From NCBI GenBank assembly GCA_965248925.1, contig CBDFLE010000006.1, positions 1,600,001-1,664,000 of the forward strand: a stretch of DNA of 64,000 nucleotides, read 5' to 3'. The stretch is from Candidatus Multivoradales bacterium. GTDB lineage: Bacteria > Acidobacteriota > Thermoanaerobaculia > Multivoradales > J023. Shown one piece after another: positions 1 to 10,324 of this stretch; position 1 is the stretch's first letter; each line of letters begins with the position of its first letter. The position numbers and the translations under genes are program-made. Below the pieces are notes generated by a model. The model saw only the letters and a program-made list of their open reading frames with translations. It made no database searches and was not told the DNA's origin.

Positions 1-826
1 AGCAGAGATTGTTGAGCGCAATCGCCGCGCCATAGCGGTTGCCCAGGGCCTGCTGCAGGGCCAGCGCCGCCTCGAGTGCGGTCTGCGCCTCGGTACTCTC
101 GCCCAGCCGCCAATGAGCCAGGCCAAGATCACTCAGGGCGACCGCTTCGGCCTGCCGTTCACCCAGCTGCCGCAGCAAGGGCAGGGCGGCGCGGTAAGCG
201 GTGATCGCCAACCGCGGCTGGTCCAAGGCGGCCCGCGACGCACCCAAACCAAAGAGCGCTCGCGCTTCGCCCTGCCGATCGGCCAAGGCGCGCCAGGAGC
301 ACAGTGCTTGTTCGAGTTGCTCGGTCGCTCGCCGCCGATCTTCGACCGTTGCCAGGAAGTTCAGCTGCCCCGCTTCACTCACCGCCGCCAGGGCTAACAA
401 CCGCTCCGCTCCAGCATCGGTAACCTCGACCAATTGGATGCGATAAGCACCCGGACCGACCGCTGCCGACGCCGACTTGACGGTGATCCGCCAACTGCCG
501 GCAGCCCGCGGTGGAAAAAGAATCGACTCCCAGCCATGGCGGTAGGTCGGCGCATTGACCACCAGGGGAGCGTTGTCGGCCAGCTCTGCTTCGAGAATGA
601 TATCGATACCGCGCTGCTCGAGTTGCACCAAGTATCGATGGCGAGGGTCGAGCTCGGCCTGGTAGCTTTGTACCTCCGCGGCCTCGAGGCGGCGTTCGAT
701 CACCCGCTCACTCGCGCTGAGATAGCGGGGCACCGTAGGCGGCTCACCGGCGAGCAACAGCGGGCAGGCCAACAACACGGCAAACATCCACCACCGCAGG
801 AGGCGGCTTGGCTCAAGCAAGGGCAT
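1..826 (-). CDS. Secreted TPR-repeat protein, probably CHAT-domain type; runs off the left edge of the window
   Basis: Manual translation from ATG at 826: signal-like MPLLEPSRLLRWWMFAVLLACPLLLA, then QLEQRGIDIIL and TPR helices (ALSDLGLAHWRLGESTEAQTALEAALALQQALGNRYGAAIALNNLC). Missing from the ORF track because no stop lies in the window. CHAT domain is inferred, not seen. Confidence 0.6.
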   Translation of the reverse strand, partial: MPLLEPSRLLRWWMFAVLLACPLLLAGEPPTVPRYLSASERVIERRLEAAEVQSYQAELDPRHRYLVQLEQRGIDIILEAELADNAPLVVNAPTYRHGWESILFPPRAAGSWRITVKSASAAVGPGAYRIQLVEVTDAGAERLLALAAVSEAGQLNFLATVEDRRRATEQLEQALCSWRALADRQGEARALFGLGASRAALDQPRLAITAYRAALPLLRQLGERQAEAVALSDLGLAHWRLGESTEAQTALEAALALQQALGNRYGAAIALNNLC

Positions 827-962
827 GTCTCATCCTAACTCGCCGGGCGGCGGCAGCGCCGCGATCGGGGTGGACCTTGACCCATCGCCGCCAGTGCCAT
901 AGAACTTTGGGCCAATTTGCTCGACTCCTTTTCCCAACGAATTTCTTATTAGGAGACCATCC

Positions 963-1679
963 ATGACCGCAAACAACAACCAACTTGAAGGACAACGCGC
1001 CCTGGTCACCGGCGGCAGCACCGGTATCGGCCGAGCCATCGCCGAAGCCTTGCTGCGCCAAGGTGCGACGGTGGTGGTGAACTCACGCAATGAAGAGCGT
1101 CTGGCGAAAACCGCCAGCGAACTGGGTTGCCATCATGTTGCTGGCGATGTCGGATCAGAAACCGACGCCCGGCAGATCGTCGCCAGAGCAGTCGAGATCC
1201 TCGGTGGCCTCGACATCCTGATCAACAATGCCGGCTTTGGCACCTTCGCGCCGCTGATAGAGACCGAGCTGGCGGACCTGGAAGCGGTGCTGCGCACCAA
1301 TGTCATCGGCGCCTTTTTGATCGGTCGCGAGTCGGCGCGTCACTTCGTCGACCAAGGCTCGGGAGCGATCGTCAACATCGCCTCCACCGCCGCCACCAAA
1401 GGGTTTCAAGGAGGCACCGTCTACACCGCCTCCAAATTCGCCCTGCGCGGCATGACTGAATGTTGGCGCGAGGAGCTGCGCCGCCACGACGTGCGGGTGC
1501 TGCTGATCAACCCCAGCGAGGTGATCACCGAGTTCGCCCAGGTCGCTGGCTACGAGCAAGAGACCAGCGACAAAAAACTACGGCCCGAAGACATCGGTGA
1601 AGCCGTGGTGGCGGTGCTGGCGATGAACCCGCGAGGCTTCATTCCTGAGCTCAGCGTGTTCGCCACTAATCCGTTCTGA
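963..1679 (+). CDS. Short-chain dehydrogenase/reductase (SDR)
   Basis: TGGSTGIG Rossmann motif, INNAG, catalytic YTASK; RBS AGGAG upstream. Confidence 0.93.
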   Translation: MTANNNQLEGQRALVTGGSTGIGRAIAEALLRQGATVVVNSRNEERLAKTASELGCHHVAGDVGSETDARQIVARAVEILGGLDILINNAGFGTFAPLIETELADLEAVLRTNVIGAFLIGRESARHFVDQGSGAIVNIASTAATKGFQGGTVYTASKFALRGMTECWREELRRHDVRVLLINPSEVITEFAQVAGYEQETSDKKLRPEDIGEAVVAVLAMNPRGFIPELSVFATNPF

Positions 1680-1701
1680 GCGATGCTCATTGAATGGTAC
1701 A

Positions 1702-1733
1702 CTTGTTGTGCGCTGAGCAATGCGCACAACAAG
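1702..1733. promoter_or_regulatory. 12-bp perfect inverted repeat, probable antitoxin operator
   Basis: CTTGTTGTGCGC-N8-GCGCACAACAAG, overlapping the AAGGAG RBS of the antitoxin gene. Confidence 0.55.
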
Positions 1734-1742
1734 GAGCCCCAG

Positions 1743-2000
1743 ATGCCACGCATGAACGTCTCCCTACCGGAACCCTGTTTGAAAGCGCTGCGCGAGCAGG
1801 TACCCAACCGACAGGGTAGCCGCTTCGTTGCCGAGGCTGTGCAAGAGAAACTTGACCGGTTTCGGCAAAAGCTAGCGGTACGCGCAGCCGCGAATAGCTG
1901 GAGCAACGAGGGGCGTGGCGATGTGGGAACAGAGGTTCGCGCCTTGCGCCGAGGGTGGCACGAAGCCCGTCGTTCGAGAACCAACCCAGCCGGGGATTGA
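1743..2000 (+). CDS. Ribbon-helix-helix (CopG-like) antitoxin
   Basis: MPRMNVSLPE..LKALREQVP..QGSRFVAEAVQEKL RHH pattern; directly upstream of a PIN gene. Confidence 0.7.
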   Translation: MPRMNVSLPEPCLKALREQVPNRQGSRFVAEAVQEKLDRFRQKLAVRAAANSWSNEGRGDVGTEVRALRRGWHEARRSRTNPAGD

Positions 2001-2001
2001 A

Positions 2002-2548
2002 ATGCCGGTCGACGCTATTCTCGATACGGATGTGGTGATCTAGCACCTCCGTGGCCATCCATCCATCGTCGAGCAAGTCACAGAACTCGCCGGGCACGCT
2101 AACACTCGGAGTGTCGGCAATTACCCGCGCCGAAGTCATCCTCGGAATGCGAGATTCTGAGAGAGCATCCACCTTCGAACTGCTGGACTCGCTCCGCAAG
2201 TTGACGGTAGACGCTTCAATCGCCGACCGAGCGGGTGAGATCATCCGTGATTTCCGCCGCCGCGGTATCACTCTGCACCTACCCGATGCCTTGATTGGCG
2301 CCACCGCAATTCTCGCCTCTGCGCCCCTGCTCACCGGCAACGCCCGCCACTATCCAAGCCCAGATCGAGCTGAGAGAACTCGCCATCTAGTGCAGCGCGT
2401 TCCACAGCTGGCTCTACGATTTCGAGACCCGGCAGAAGAAGTGTCTGGCACCTCCTCCGGCAGCACCTCCTCCGGCAGTGACGTCACGCCGCGGGATACC
2501 TTCGATCATCGCGGCCTCGCAGGAAGAAATAGGTTGAAGAACAAGTGA
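2002..2548 (+). pseudogene. VapC/PIN toxin pseudogene
   Basis: ATG 2002 gives MPVDAILDTDVVI*HLRG (in-frame TAG 2041-2043), then a frameshift near 2090 into VSAITRAEV...DALIGATA...LLTGNARHY; PIN homology ends near 2360. Confidence 0.75.
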
Positions 2549-2674
2549 TCAGATTCGGGGTTCATTCTCGCCTCTTCTACCTAGAAGGCGTTCGAGCCGC
2601 CTTGGAAGTTACAACACGGTGCGGGCAAATTGACTGCCCTTTTCACCAATACGTCCCAGATGAGGTCTTCGGCA

Positions 2675-4110
2675 ATGCGTTCTGAACTCTTGAAAATTCT
2701 GACTCTCACCGGTTGCATTCTATCCTTGTCGTCGCCGACCCGCGCTGCTGACGACATCTTTATCGTGCCTCAGCCAACAGGGTCCTTGCCTGTCTCTTTC
2801 GAGATTCAAGATCCGGAGTTTTGAGCAACGACGGCCAAGGTGCCGAGGTCGTATCCTTCACCACCACCAGCCGCGGCACCCTGGAGCGAGGTGGAAGCGG
2901 ATTCGTCTACCACCCGGAGGCCGAGTTCTGGAGCAAGGGAACGGACTTCTTCAGTTACAGATTCGATCAGCTGCCGGAGGAATCGGCGATCGTTTTTCTT
3001 CTGGCCGATCCACTGTCGGAGCCGACGATGGTGATTGATCTGGAGCTGGAGCTGGAGCTACCCATCCGGCTCACCGCCCGCCAGGGCACCCTGGCCGCCC
3101 AGGGCAACGTCGACCGTCTCGGCTTGGGAACGGAGGCCGAAAGTTCCTTCGTCTCGGCTATGCTCCGCAAACCGGTCAAGCCTGCCGGCAACAAGGTCAC
3201 GACCGGTCTCAATCCCGGCCAAATGACTCTCATCAACGGTGAGGAGGTCACCTTCGCCAGCATCGGCCAACTAGATTTGGTGGTCGGCTTCGACGGCACT
3301 TCTTACTCGCTCAAAGCCCGGCGTAGCTCCACTGGCGAAACCCCCATTTCAACCCTCTTGCAGCAGAGTCCACAGTCGGTCGCTGCTCGCTGGTGGAGTT
3401 CGGGCGCAACAGCGGACCGCGATCGCGGACTCATCTTGCAGGTCGGTAACCGAGTCGCTGCCAGCCTGCCCGACGCCAAGCGCTTCGATGACCCTTCGCC
3501 GACCATCGAGCTGCGCTTCGGGGCACTGAGCCTAGGGCCAGGCGCTTCGGGGCTCCTCGCCTTGGACGGCATCGAGGCTTGGATCGAGCCGGCGAGTTCG
3601 CCACACCTGCTGCCAATATTCGCCGACGGCGTCGAGAGAGCTGGTCTCGACGCCTGGGCTGCCACCACTGGCAACCTCGCGGTCACCGGTCTAGCAGCGA
3701 TCAGCGGCAACCTGGGAATCGACGTTGCCGGCCCCTTCCCAGCCTACCTGGAAGCCCCTTCGGTGGGCGGTCTGCCCCGTTACCGTGCCCGTTTCAGCTT
3801 CGATCCGGCCCAGCTCAGTTGGACGGCTGGCGATGCAACCACCATTTTGGAGGGCATCGATGAGCACAGCTCAGAGACCCTCTTCATCGTCGAGCTACGT
3901 TGGTGGTCAGCCGACGACACCAGCAGCGATGACGGCGGCTTGAGAGTCTGGCTCGACGATGGCTCCGGCGGCGGCAATCAACTGATCGGCGAGGTTTCGA
4001 ATCTGGCCAACAGCTCGCAAGACCTCGGCGAAGTGCGCTTTGGCGCCATCGATCCCCAAGGCACGGCTGACGGTCCACTGTACCTCGACGACCTCGAGTC
4101 TTGGCACTAG
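2675..4110 (+). CDS. Secreted protein with cadherin/Ig-like N-terminus, split by a 1-nt frameshift at about 2820
   Basis: Signal peptide and AADD in ORF 2675-2824; one extra T in GAGTTTTGAGC gives E-F-L-S-N-D, joining ORF 2821-4110 (FVYHP..GTDFFSY Ig-like motif, IFADGVE motif). Confidence 0.55.
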
Positions 4111-4130
4111 CCGCGGCGCGGCAGGGGCTC

Positions 4131-4158
4131 TTGACAGCCAGTAGATCCCAAATATAAT
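4131..4158 (+). promoter_or_regulatory. Consensus sigma70 promoter for aibABC
   Basis: TTGACA (4131-4136), 16 bp, TATAAT (4153-4158). Confidence 0.75.
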
Positions 4159-4279
4159 GCCGCTTGCTCGATACCAAACGAACGGTCGGTCTGTTTTCTA
4201 CTACCCGTCGAGGCCCTCCCATGAATCTACCCGGCAGAATTCAGCAGCAAAGTGCCGCGGCGAGCACCCGGAGATCGCC

Positions 4280-5107
4280 GTGAGTCGGGCCACCTGGGTC
4301 AGTCTCGAACAGGCTGTGCGCACCATCAGCGATGGCAGCAGCCTGGCGATCGGCGGCTTCATGCTGGGCAGCGCGCCAATGGCGCTGATCTTCGAGTTGG
4401 TGCGGCAAGACCGCCGTGATCTGCATGTATTGTCGTTGCCCAACCCGCTGCCGGTGGAAATCCTGGTAGCGGCAACAGCGGCACGCAAGGTGGAGTTCCT
4501 ATTCACCGCGATCAACGTCGCCGGCCGGGTCTACCCGATGCCGAGCCTCAAGCGAGCGATCGAGCAAGGCACCATCGAATGGGCCGAGCACGATGGCTAT
4601 CGCTTGGTCCAGCGATTGCGCGCCGCCGCCCTGGGCCTGCCATTTCTGCCCGTTCCCGACTTCGGTGGCACCGACCTGGCGCAACGCGACCCGCTGCCCG
4701 AAGTCGAGGATCCATTCACCGGCGAGAAGGTGCCGGTGGAGCAGGCTTTCTACCCCGACGTGGCGCTGATCCACGCTCAGGCGGCTGATGGCGAAGGCAA
4801 TTTGTGGATCGATGATCCGGCGACCGAACGTTTGCTAGCGGGCGCCGCCCAGCGAGTCATAGCCACCGTCGAACAACGCCTGGAACGCTTGCCGGGAGTC
4901 GCCACGGTGCCGGGGTTGATGGTCGACTTGGTGGTCGAAGAACCCCGTGGCGCTTTTCCCACCGGCTGCCTGGGCCACTACCAAGCCGACGACCCGCACC
5001 TACTGCACTATCTGAAACTGGCCAAGGCAGGAGAGCAGCAACGCTACATCGACCGAGTGATCCGCCCTTCGACTCACCAGATCGATCTGGTCGGGGAGGC
5101 GGCTTGA
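4280..5107 (+). CDS. aibA: AibA-like 3-methylglutaconyl-CoA decarboxylase subunit A (CoA-transferase fold)
   Basis: DGSSLAIGGFMLGSAPMAL, SLPNPLP, EHDGYRLVQRLRAA, EDPFTG, AFYPDVAL match my recollection of Myxococcus AibA; GTG start 4280; synteny with aibB and aibC. Confidence 0.85.
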   Translation: MSRATWVSLEQAVRTISDGSSLAIGGFMLGSAPMALIFELVRQDRRDLHVLSLPNPLPVEILVAATAARKVEFLFTAINVAGRVYPMPSLKRAIEQGTIEWAEHDGYRLVQRLRAAALGLPFLPVPDFGGTDLAQRDPLPEVEDPFTGEKVPVEQAFYPDVALIHAQAADGEGNLWIDDPATERLLAGAAQRVIATVEQRLERLPGVATVPGLMVDLVVEEPRGAFPTGCLGHYQADDPHLLHYLKLAKAGEQQRYIDRVIRPSTHQIDLVGEAA

Positions 5108-5847
5108 GCGATTCTGACCACACCGCCGCCAGCCGTGCCGAGACCCTGGTGGCGGCGATGGCCCGACGACTCGAAGATGGCTCGGTGGTGGCCACCGGGG
5201 TAGCTTCCTCGCTACCTATCCTGGCCATCGCGGTGGCGCGGGCTACTCATGCACCACGCCTGACTTACCTGGCCAGTGTAGGTGCGATCGACCCGGACAT
5301 CGATCGGCTGCGGCTGGGTTCCGAAGACCTGGCTTACCTCGACGGTCGGCGCGGCGAGTTGACCATTCCCGATCTCTTCGACCACGCCCGGCGCGGACGC
5401 ATCGACGTGATGTTCTTCGGCGCCGCCGAGGTCGATGGCCGCGGCAACACTAACCTCACCGCCATCGGCCCACTCGAAGCGCCGCGCTACAAGCTGCCCG
5501 GCGTGGCCGGCGCCGGCACGCTGCGCCGCTGGGTCAAGCGGCCGGTGCTGCTGGTAACCCGCCAGAGTCGCCGCAGTCTGGTGTCCAAGGTGCAAGTGAT
5601 CTCGACCAGCGACGCCAGCCGCCCGACGCCATTGATGACCAATCTCGGCACTTTCGAACTCGGCCCGGCGGGCGCCCTCCTAGTGCAGCGCTACCCCTGG
5701 GCCGAGGTGGCCGAGATCGAGGCCGCCACCGGCTTCGAATTTCACTCCAACGAGCCGGTGGGGCTAGCCCCCGAGCCGTCCGCCGAGCATTTGCGGGCAA
5801 TCCGCGCCATCGACCCCGACGGGCTGCGTGAGAGCCTGGTCGCTTGA
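5104..5847 (+). CDS. aibB: AibB-like decarboxylase subunit B
   Basis: VVATGVAS, AVARATHAP, TIPDLFDHARRGR, FFGAAEVD, PGVAGA; 4-nt overlap with aibA. Confidence 0.85.
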   Translation: MSDSDHTAASRAETLVAAMARRLEDGSVVATGVASSLPILAIAVARATHAPRLTYLASVGAIDPDIDRLRLGSEDLAYLDGRRGELTIPDLFDHARRGRIDVMFFGAAEVDGRGNTNLTAIGPLEAPRYKLPGVAGAGTLRRWVKRPVLLVTRQSRRSLVSKVQVISTSDASRPTPLMTNLGTFELGPAGALLVQRYPWAEVAEIEAATGFEFHSNEPVGLAPEPSAEHLRAIRAIDPDGLRESLVA

Positions 5848-5869
5848 CCGAAACACAGGAGAGATTGCC

Positions 5870-6904
5870 ATGCAAGCCGTTGTGCTGAGAGCTTTCGGAG
5901 GTCCTGAAGGACTGAGTCTGGAGACCGTGCCCGACCCCAGTCCGGGGGCCGGTGAAGTGCTGCTGCAGGTCCGCGCTTGCGGCGTCTGCTTCCACGACGT
6001 GATCAACCGGCGCGGCAATTTGCCCCGCACCTCGGTGCCGGCAATCCTCGGCCACGAGGCCGCGGGCGAGGTGGTGGCGGTCGGCGAAGGGGTCAAAGGC
6101 TGGGCAGTGGGCGATCGGGCGGCCACTCTGCAACGCCTGTCCTGTGGCAGCTGCGCCCGCTGCCATAGTCGGCGGGCCAGCCTGTGCAAGGTCGACCGCC
6201 GATTCTTTGGCGAAGAGATTCCCGGCGGCTACGCTGAGTTCATGACCGCGCCGGTCGCCGGTATTGGCAAGATTCCCGACGATGTTCTCTGGCCAGTCGC
6301 CGCCACCGCCTGTTGCACCACCGGCACGGCGGTGCATGTGGTGCGCAGCCGCGGCCGGGTGCAGGCCGGTGAGACGGTGGTAATCACCGGTGCCAGCGGC
6401 GGGGTCGGCATCCAGGCGGTGCAACTGGCCCGGCTCGATGGCGCAAGGGTGATCGCGGTGACCTCGGGAGAGCAGAAAGTCGCGGCCCTGGAGCAAGCCG
6501 GCGCCCACGATGTCATCGTCGCCTCCGACTTGTTGTTTTCCAAACAGGTACAGCAGCTGACCGATGGCGAAGGCGCTGACCTGGTGTTGGAGATCGTCGG
6601 CAGCGCCACTTTCGAGCAGAGCATGCGCTGCCTGGCCCCAGGCGGCCGCCTGGTGGTGGTGGGTAATTTGGAGAGCGGTCTGGTCGAGATCAATCCCGGC
6701 CTGGTGATTGTCAAAGAGTTGGAAATCATCGGCGCCTACGCCACCACTCAGAACGAGCTACGCCAAGCCCTAGCATTGCTCGAGAGCAAGGCCGTGAAAC
6801 CCTGGATTGCAGAGGTTCTGCCGCTCGCCGAGGCGGCGCGCGCCCATCAATTGCTCGAAGACCGCGCCGTTGCCGGGCGCCTGGTGCTGGCACCACGCCA
6901 CTGA
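5870..6904 (+). CDS. aibC: AibC-like Zn-dependent MDR reductase (dimethylacrylyl-CoA reductase)
   Basis: CGVCFHDVINRRGNLPRTSVPAILGHEAAG, structural Zn cysteines, TGASGGVG; RBS AGGAGAG. Confidence 0.85.
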   Translation: MQAVVLRAFGGPEGLSLETVPDPSPGAGEVLLQVRACGVCFHDVINRRGNLPRTSVPAILGHEAAGEVVAVGEGVKGWAVGDRAATLQRLSCGSCARCHSRRASLCKVDRRFFGEEIPGGYAEFMTAPVAGIGKIPDDVLWPVAATACCTTGTAVHVVRSRGRVQAGETVVITGASGGVGIQAVQLARLDGARVIAVTSGEQKVAALEQAGAHDVIVASDLLFSKQVQQLTDGEGADLVLEIVGSATFEQSMRCLAPGGRLVVVGNLESGLVEINPGLVIVKELEIIGAYATTQNELRQALALLESKAVKPWIAEVLPLAEAARAHQLLEDRAVAGRLVLAPRH

Positions 6905-6920
6905 GGCCAGCGGCAACGAC

Positions 6921-8249
6921 TCATCCACGGGTCTCGCGCTGCTCCCCGGATAGCGGCTGCAAGAGAGGCCCCAGACTGGCCAACCGCGCCTCCAGGAAAC
7001 GACGCTCGGGAGCGCTGCAGGTACAGGCCAAAGCCTGCCGATAGCTAGCCGCCGCCCCTTGCCGGTTGCCGATCTCGGCCAACAGCTCGCCGCGGGTCGC
7101 ACCCAGCAGGTAGTAGCCGGCCACTGCCGGACGGCTCTCGATCTGCGCTAGCGCTCCAAGCCCCGCCCGCGGTCCCAACGCCCGCGCTACCGCCACCGCT
7201 CGATTGAGCGCCACCACGGCGCTGGGATTGAGCGCGAAGAGTTGATCGTAGAGTTCCAGGATCGACCGCCAGTCGGTAGTCTCGGGAGAGGCCGCCATGG
7301 CGTGGTAGGAAGCGATCGCCGCTTGCAGATGGTAAACCCCCTGCTGCCGGCCGCTGGCCGCTTGGCTCAGATGACCGAAAGCCCGACGCAACAGGCCGCG
7401 GTCCCAGCGCGAGCGATCTTGATCTTCCAACCGCACCAGATCCCCGGCGGCGTCTAGCCGGACTGGCAAGCGCGAAGCCTGGAAGGCCAACAGAGCCGCC
7501 AGAGCATGGCTCGCCGGCCGCATGGTCAGTTTCAGGCAGGCCAGTTGCTCGGCCAAGTGCAGGGCCTCGCAGCAAAGCTCGGTCCGTACCAAGTGCTCGC
7601 CATGGTGGGCTGAATAACCCTCGTTGAACATCAAATAGACCACCTCGAGAACCGTCTCGAGACGCTCCGGCAATGCCTCACCCGTGGGCATTTCTAGGGT
7701 CAAGCGGCGAGCCGTGATCAGCCGCTTAGCCCGCACCAGGCGCTGCGCCAAAGTTGCTGGAGGGAGCAGAAAAGCACCAGCAATCTCGGCGACACTGAAA
7801 CCAGCTACTACTTTCAGGGTCAACGCAACTCGTGAATCCCGTGGCAACTCTGGGTGGCAGCAGAGGAAGATCAGGCGCAGTTGGTCGTCACTCAGCTCCC
7901 CCCCGAGGCGCACCTCGGCCGCGCTAGCAGAGCCGGGCACAGCCACCAGGCGAAGGCGTAGTTCGGCTTCTTTGCCGCGCAATCGGATGTCGCGACGCAG
8001 CCGATCAAGGGCTAGGTTGCGGGCCACCCGGTAGAGCCAGGCGACGGGGCGTTCAGGAATACCGCTAAAGGGCCACCGCCGCAAGGCTTGCAACATCGCC
8101 TCTTGGACGACTTCTTCAGCCAGACCAAGGTGAGCCGAGCCAAACGAACGGCTCAGCAAAGCCACCAAGCGACTCGCCTGGCGTCTGAACAGGTGATCGA
8201 CGAGGCCATGCACTTCGCCGCCTCGCCCTGGCTCTGCTTTCTCGTCCAT
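6921..8249 (-). CDS. ECF sigma factor with C-terminal TPR-like extension (ECF42-like)
   Basis: AEEVVQEA, WLYRVARN..LDRLRR, DDQLRLIFLCCHP, VYLMFNEGY, LEDQDRSRWD; paired with a YciI/DGPF gene. Confidence 0.88.
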   Translation of the reverse strand: MDEKAEPGRGGEVHGLVDHLFRRQASRLVALLSRSFGSAHLGLAEEVVQEAMLQALRRWPFSGIPERPVAWLYRVARNLALDRLRRDIRLRGKEAELRLRLVAVPGSASAAEVRLGGELSDDQLRLIFLCCHPELPRDSRVALTLKVVAGFSVAEIAGAFLLPPATLAQRLVRAKRLITARRLTLEMPTGEALPERLETVLEVVYLMFNEGYSAHHGEHLVRTELCCEALHLAEQLACLKLTMRPASHALAALLAFQASRLPVRLDAAGDLVRLEDQDRSRWDRGLLRRAFGHLSQAASGRQQGVYHLQAAIASYHAMAASPETTDWRSILELYDQLFALNPSAVVALNRAVAVARALGPRAGLGALAQIESRPAVAGYYLLGATRGELLAEIGNRQGAAASYRQALACTCSAPERRFLEARLASLGPLLQPLSGEQRETRG

Positions 8250-8264
8250 CGGCTCGACCTTCGT

Positions 8265-8618
8265 TCAGTCCATCTCTTCGATGCGGCGAATCTCGATTCT
8301 ACCGCCATACTCCAAGTGTGGGCAGCTGCGGGCGATCTCCACCGCCTGGTCGTAGCTTTCGGCGGCGAGTTGGAAGAAGCCGCCCACCACCTCCTTGGTC
8401 TCGCTGTACGGCCCATCGAGTAAACGCTCACGGCCGTCTTGGCGGACGATCACCCGGCCTTCGCCGTCGGCCAGCTTCTCGCCACCGAGCAGCTGACCCG
8501 CCTCCTGCAATCCGTCCGCCCAGGCTCGATAGCTCTCGACCACTTGCTGCATCTGCTCCGGGCTGAGGTCCCCGAGACCGTCCGGATCTTCACGCAGTAG
8601 AAAAATGTAACTCGGCAT
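8265..8618 (-). CDS. YciI/DGPF-family protein
   Basis: DGPYSETKEVVGGFF..A.SYDQAVEIARSCP..IEIRRI. Confidence 0.88.
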   Translation of the reverse strand: MPSYIFLLREDPDGLGDLSPEQMQQVVESYRAWADGLQEAGQLLGGEKLADGEGRVIVRQDGRERLLDGPYSETKEVVGGFFQLAAESYDQAVEIARSCPHLEYGGRIEIRRIEEMD

Positions 8619-8894
8619 AGAAACCTCCTAGGGATGTCGGCGCGGCATGACCACAGCCAACAGGTTGGTTTTTCGTGGCGCCCAAATGATGAGCATTCGA
8701 TGAGATGACGAACGAGATGAGAAGATATCGACACTGGCGACAAAATTTCCAACTTCGCAGACCACCATTGACCTTCCAACGGCCACCGCTGACCAATGCC
8801 GGTGAGTCAACGGCGGGGGTTTGCGTAGCTAACCACAGCAATCGTCGAACTCGCCTACCACCGCCCTGACCAATGGCACCACCTGGAGGCCCCA

Positions 8895-10232
8895 TTGTCG
8901 ACAACACTCCAACTCACCGGCGCCCACAAGCGCTTCGGCTCAACCCAAGCCCTGGATGGCGCCGATCTAGAGCTGCACGCCAGCGAATGGCTGGCTCTGC
9001 TAGGTCCCAACGGCGCCGGCAAGACCACCCTGGTGCGCGCCATCGCCGGCAGGGTAAGGCTCGATCAGGGCAGCTTGATCCTCTTCGGTCAGACCCTCAC
9101 CGCCACCAACCTCGAGGCCCGCCGCCAGCGTGCTCCACCGACCGGAGGTGGTGTTGCTCGACGAACCCACCGTCGGTGTCGATCCACAGAGTCGCGAGCG
9201 CATCTGGCAAATGCTCGACGGCCTGCGCCAGCAAGGCACCGCCCTGCTGCTCACCACCCATCAGCTGGACGAAGCCCAGCAAGTGGCCGATCGCATCGTC
9301 ATCCTCGACCACGGCCGCACGGTGGCTGCCGGCACCTTCGACGAGTTGGTGCGCGCCACCATCGGCCAGAGACGACGACCCCAACCCAGCGCCCTACGAC
9401 CTGGAGACCGCCCAACGCTTGGTGCGCGGTAGCCGCTACCCTGCGGCGGTGATCCTGCCAGCCGGTTTCGGCGCCAGCTTTGGCGACTTCACCACCACCG
9501 GTGAACCGGTGCAGCGACTCGCCTTTCGCTCAGGGCATCGTCCCGGTACAAGCGATCGACGTGCATTCCCTCGACCAGAACTCCAAACCGAACCGCCCCA
9601 AACGCTCGATGGTGGCCTACTATGCCGCCGGCATCAGTGTCATGTTCCTGCTCTTCTCGATGAGCGGCGCCGCGGGCTCGCTGCTCGACGAAGAGGAGTC
9701 CGGAGTGCTCGAACGGCTGCTCTCGACCCGCGCCTCGATGACCTCTCTGCTGGCTGGCAAATGGCTTTTCTACGGCCTGATGGGCTACTCCCAAGTGCTG
9801 CTGATGTTCGGCTGGGGAGCGCTGTTCTTCGGCCTCGACTTGAGCACCCCTAGACGCCTGGTCGGCCTGTTGGTGATGGCCCTCTTCACCTCTCTGGCGG
9901 CGTCGGGTTTCGGCTTGGTGCTGGCGACAGTCTGCCTCACCCGCGGACAGCTGAGCGGCGCCTCGACGGTGGCAATCTTGCTCATGTCGGCGATTGGCGG
10001 CAGCATGTTTCCTCGCTTCATGATGCCCGAGCTGATGAACAAGGCGGCACTCTTGACTTTCAACGGCTGGGCTCTCGATGGCTTTCTGAAGATCTTCTGG
10101 TACGACGATCCGGCGGTTGGCCTGAGCGGCGCGTTGCTCGACCTGCTACCCCAGTTAGCCGTGCTGGCGGCGATGACGGTGGGCTTCGTCGCCCTCGCCC
10201 GCCACTTGGCGCGGCGCTGGGAAGCAGTCTGA
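8895..10232 (+). pseudogene. Internally deleted ABC-2 exporter (ATPase and permease fragments)
   Basis: Walker [10 protein letters not shown] jumps in another frame to [10 protein letters not shown] with no Q-loop or LSGG between; then frame-shifted permease pieces ([11 protein letters not shown]; EEESGVLERLLST...MSAIGGSMFPRFMMP). Confidence 0.8.
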
Positions 10233-10324
10233 GTTCAGCTGCCACAACACTCTCGTACCGCCTCCGCGGTTGTGATTGAATCCTAGTCGTAATCCGACCA
10301 CGCCCGACCGCGGAGAAGACCCCC

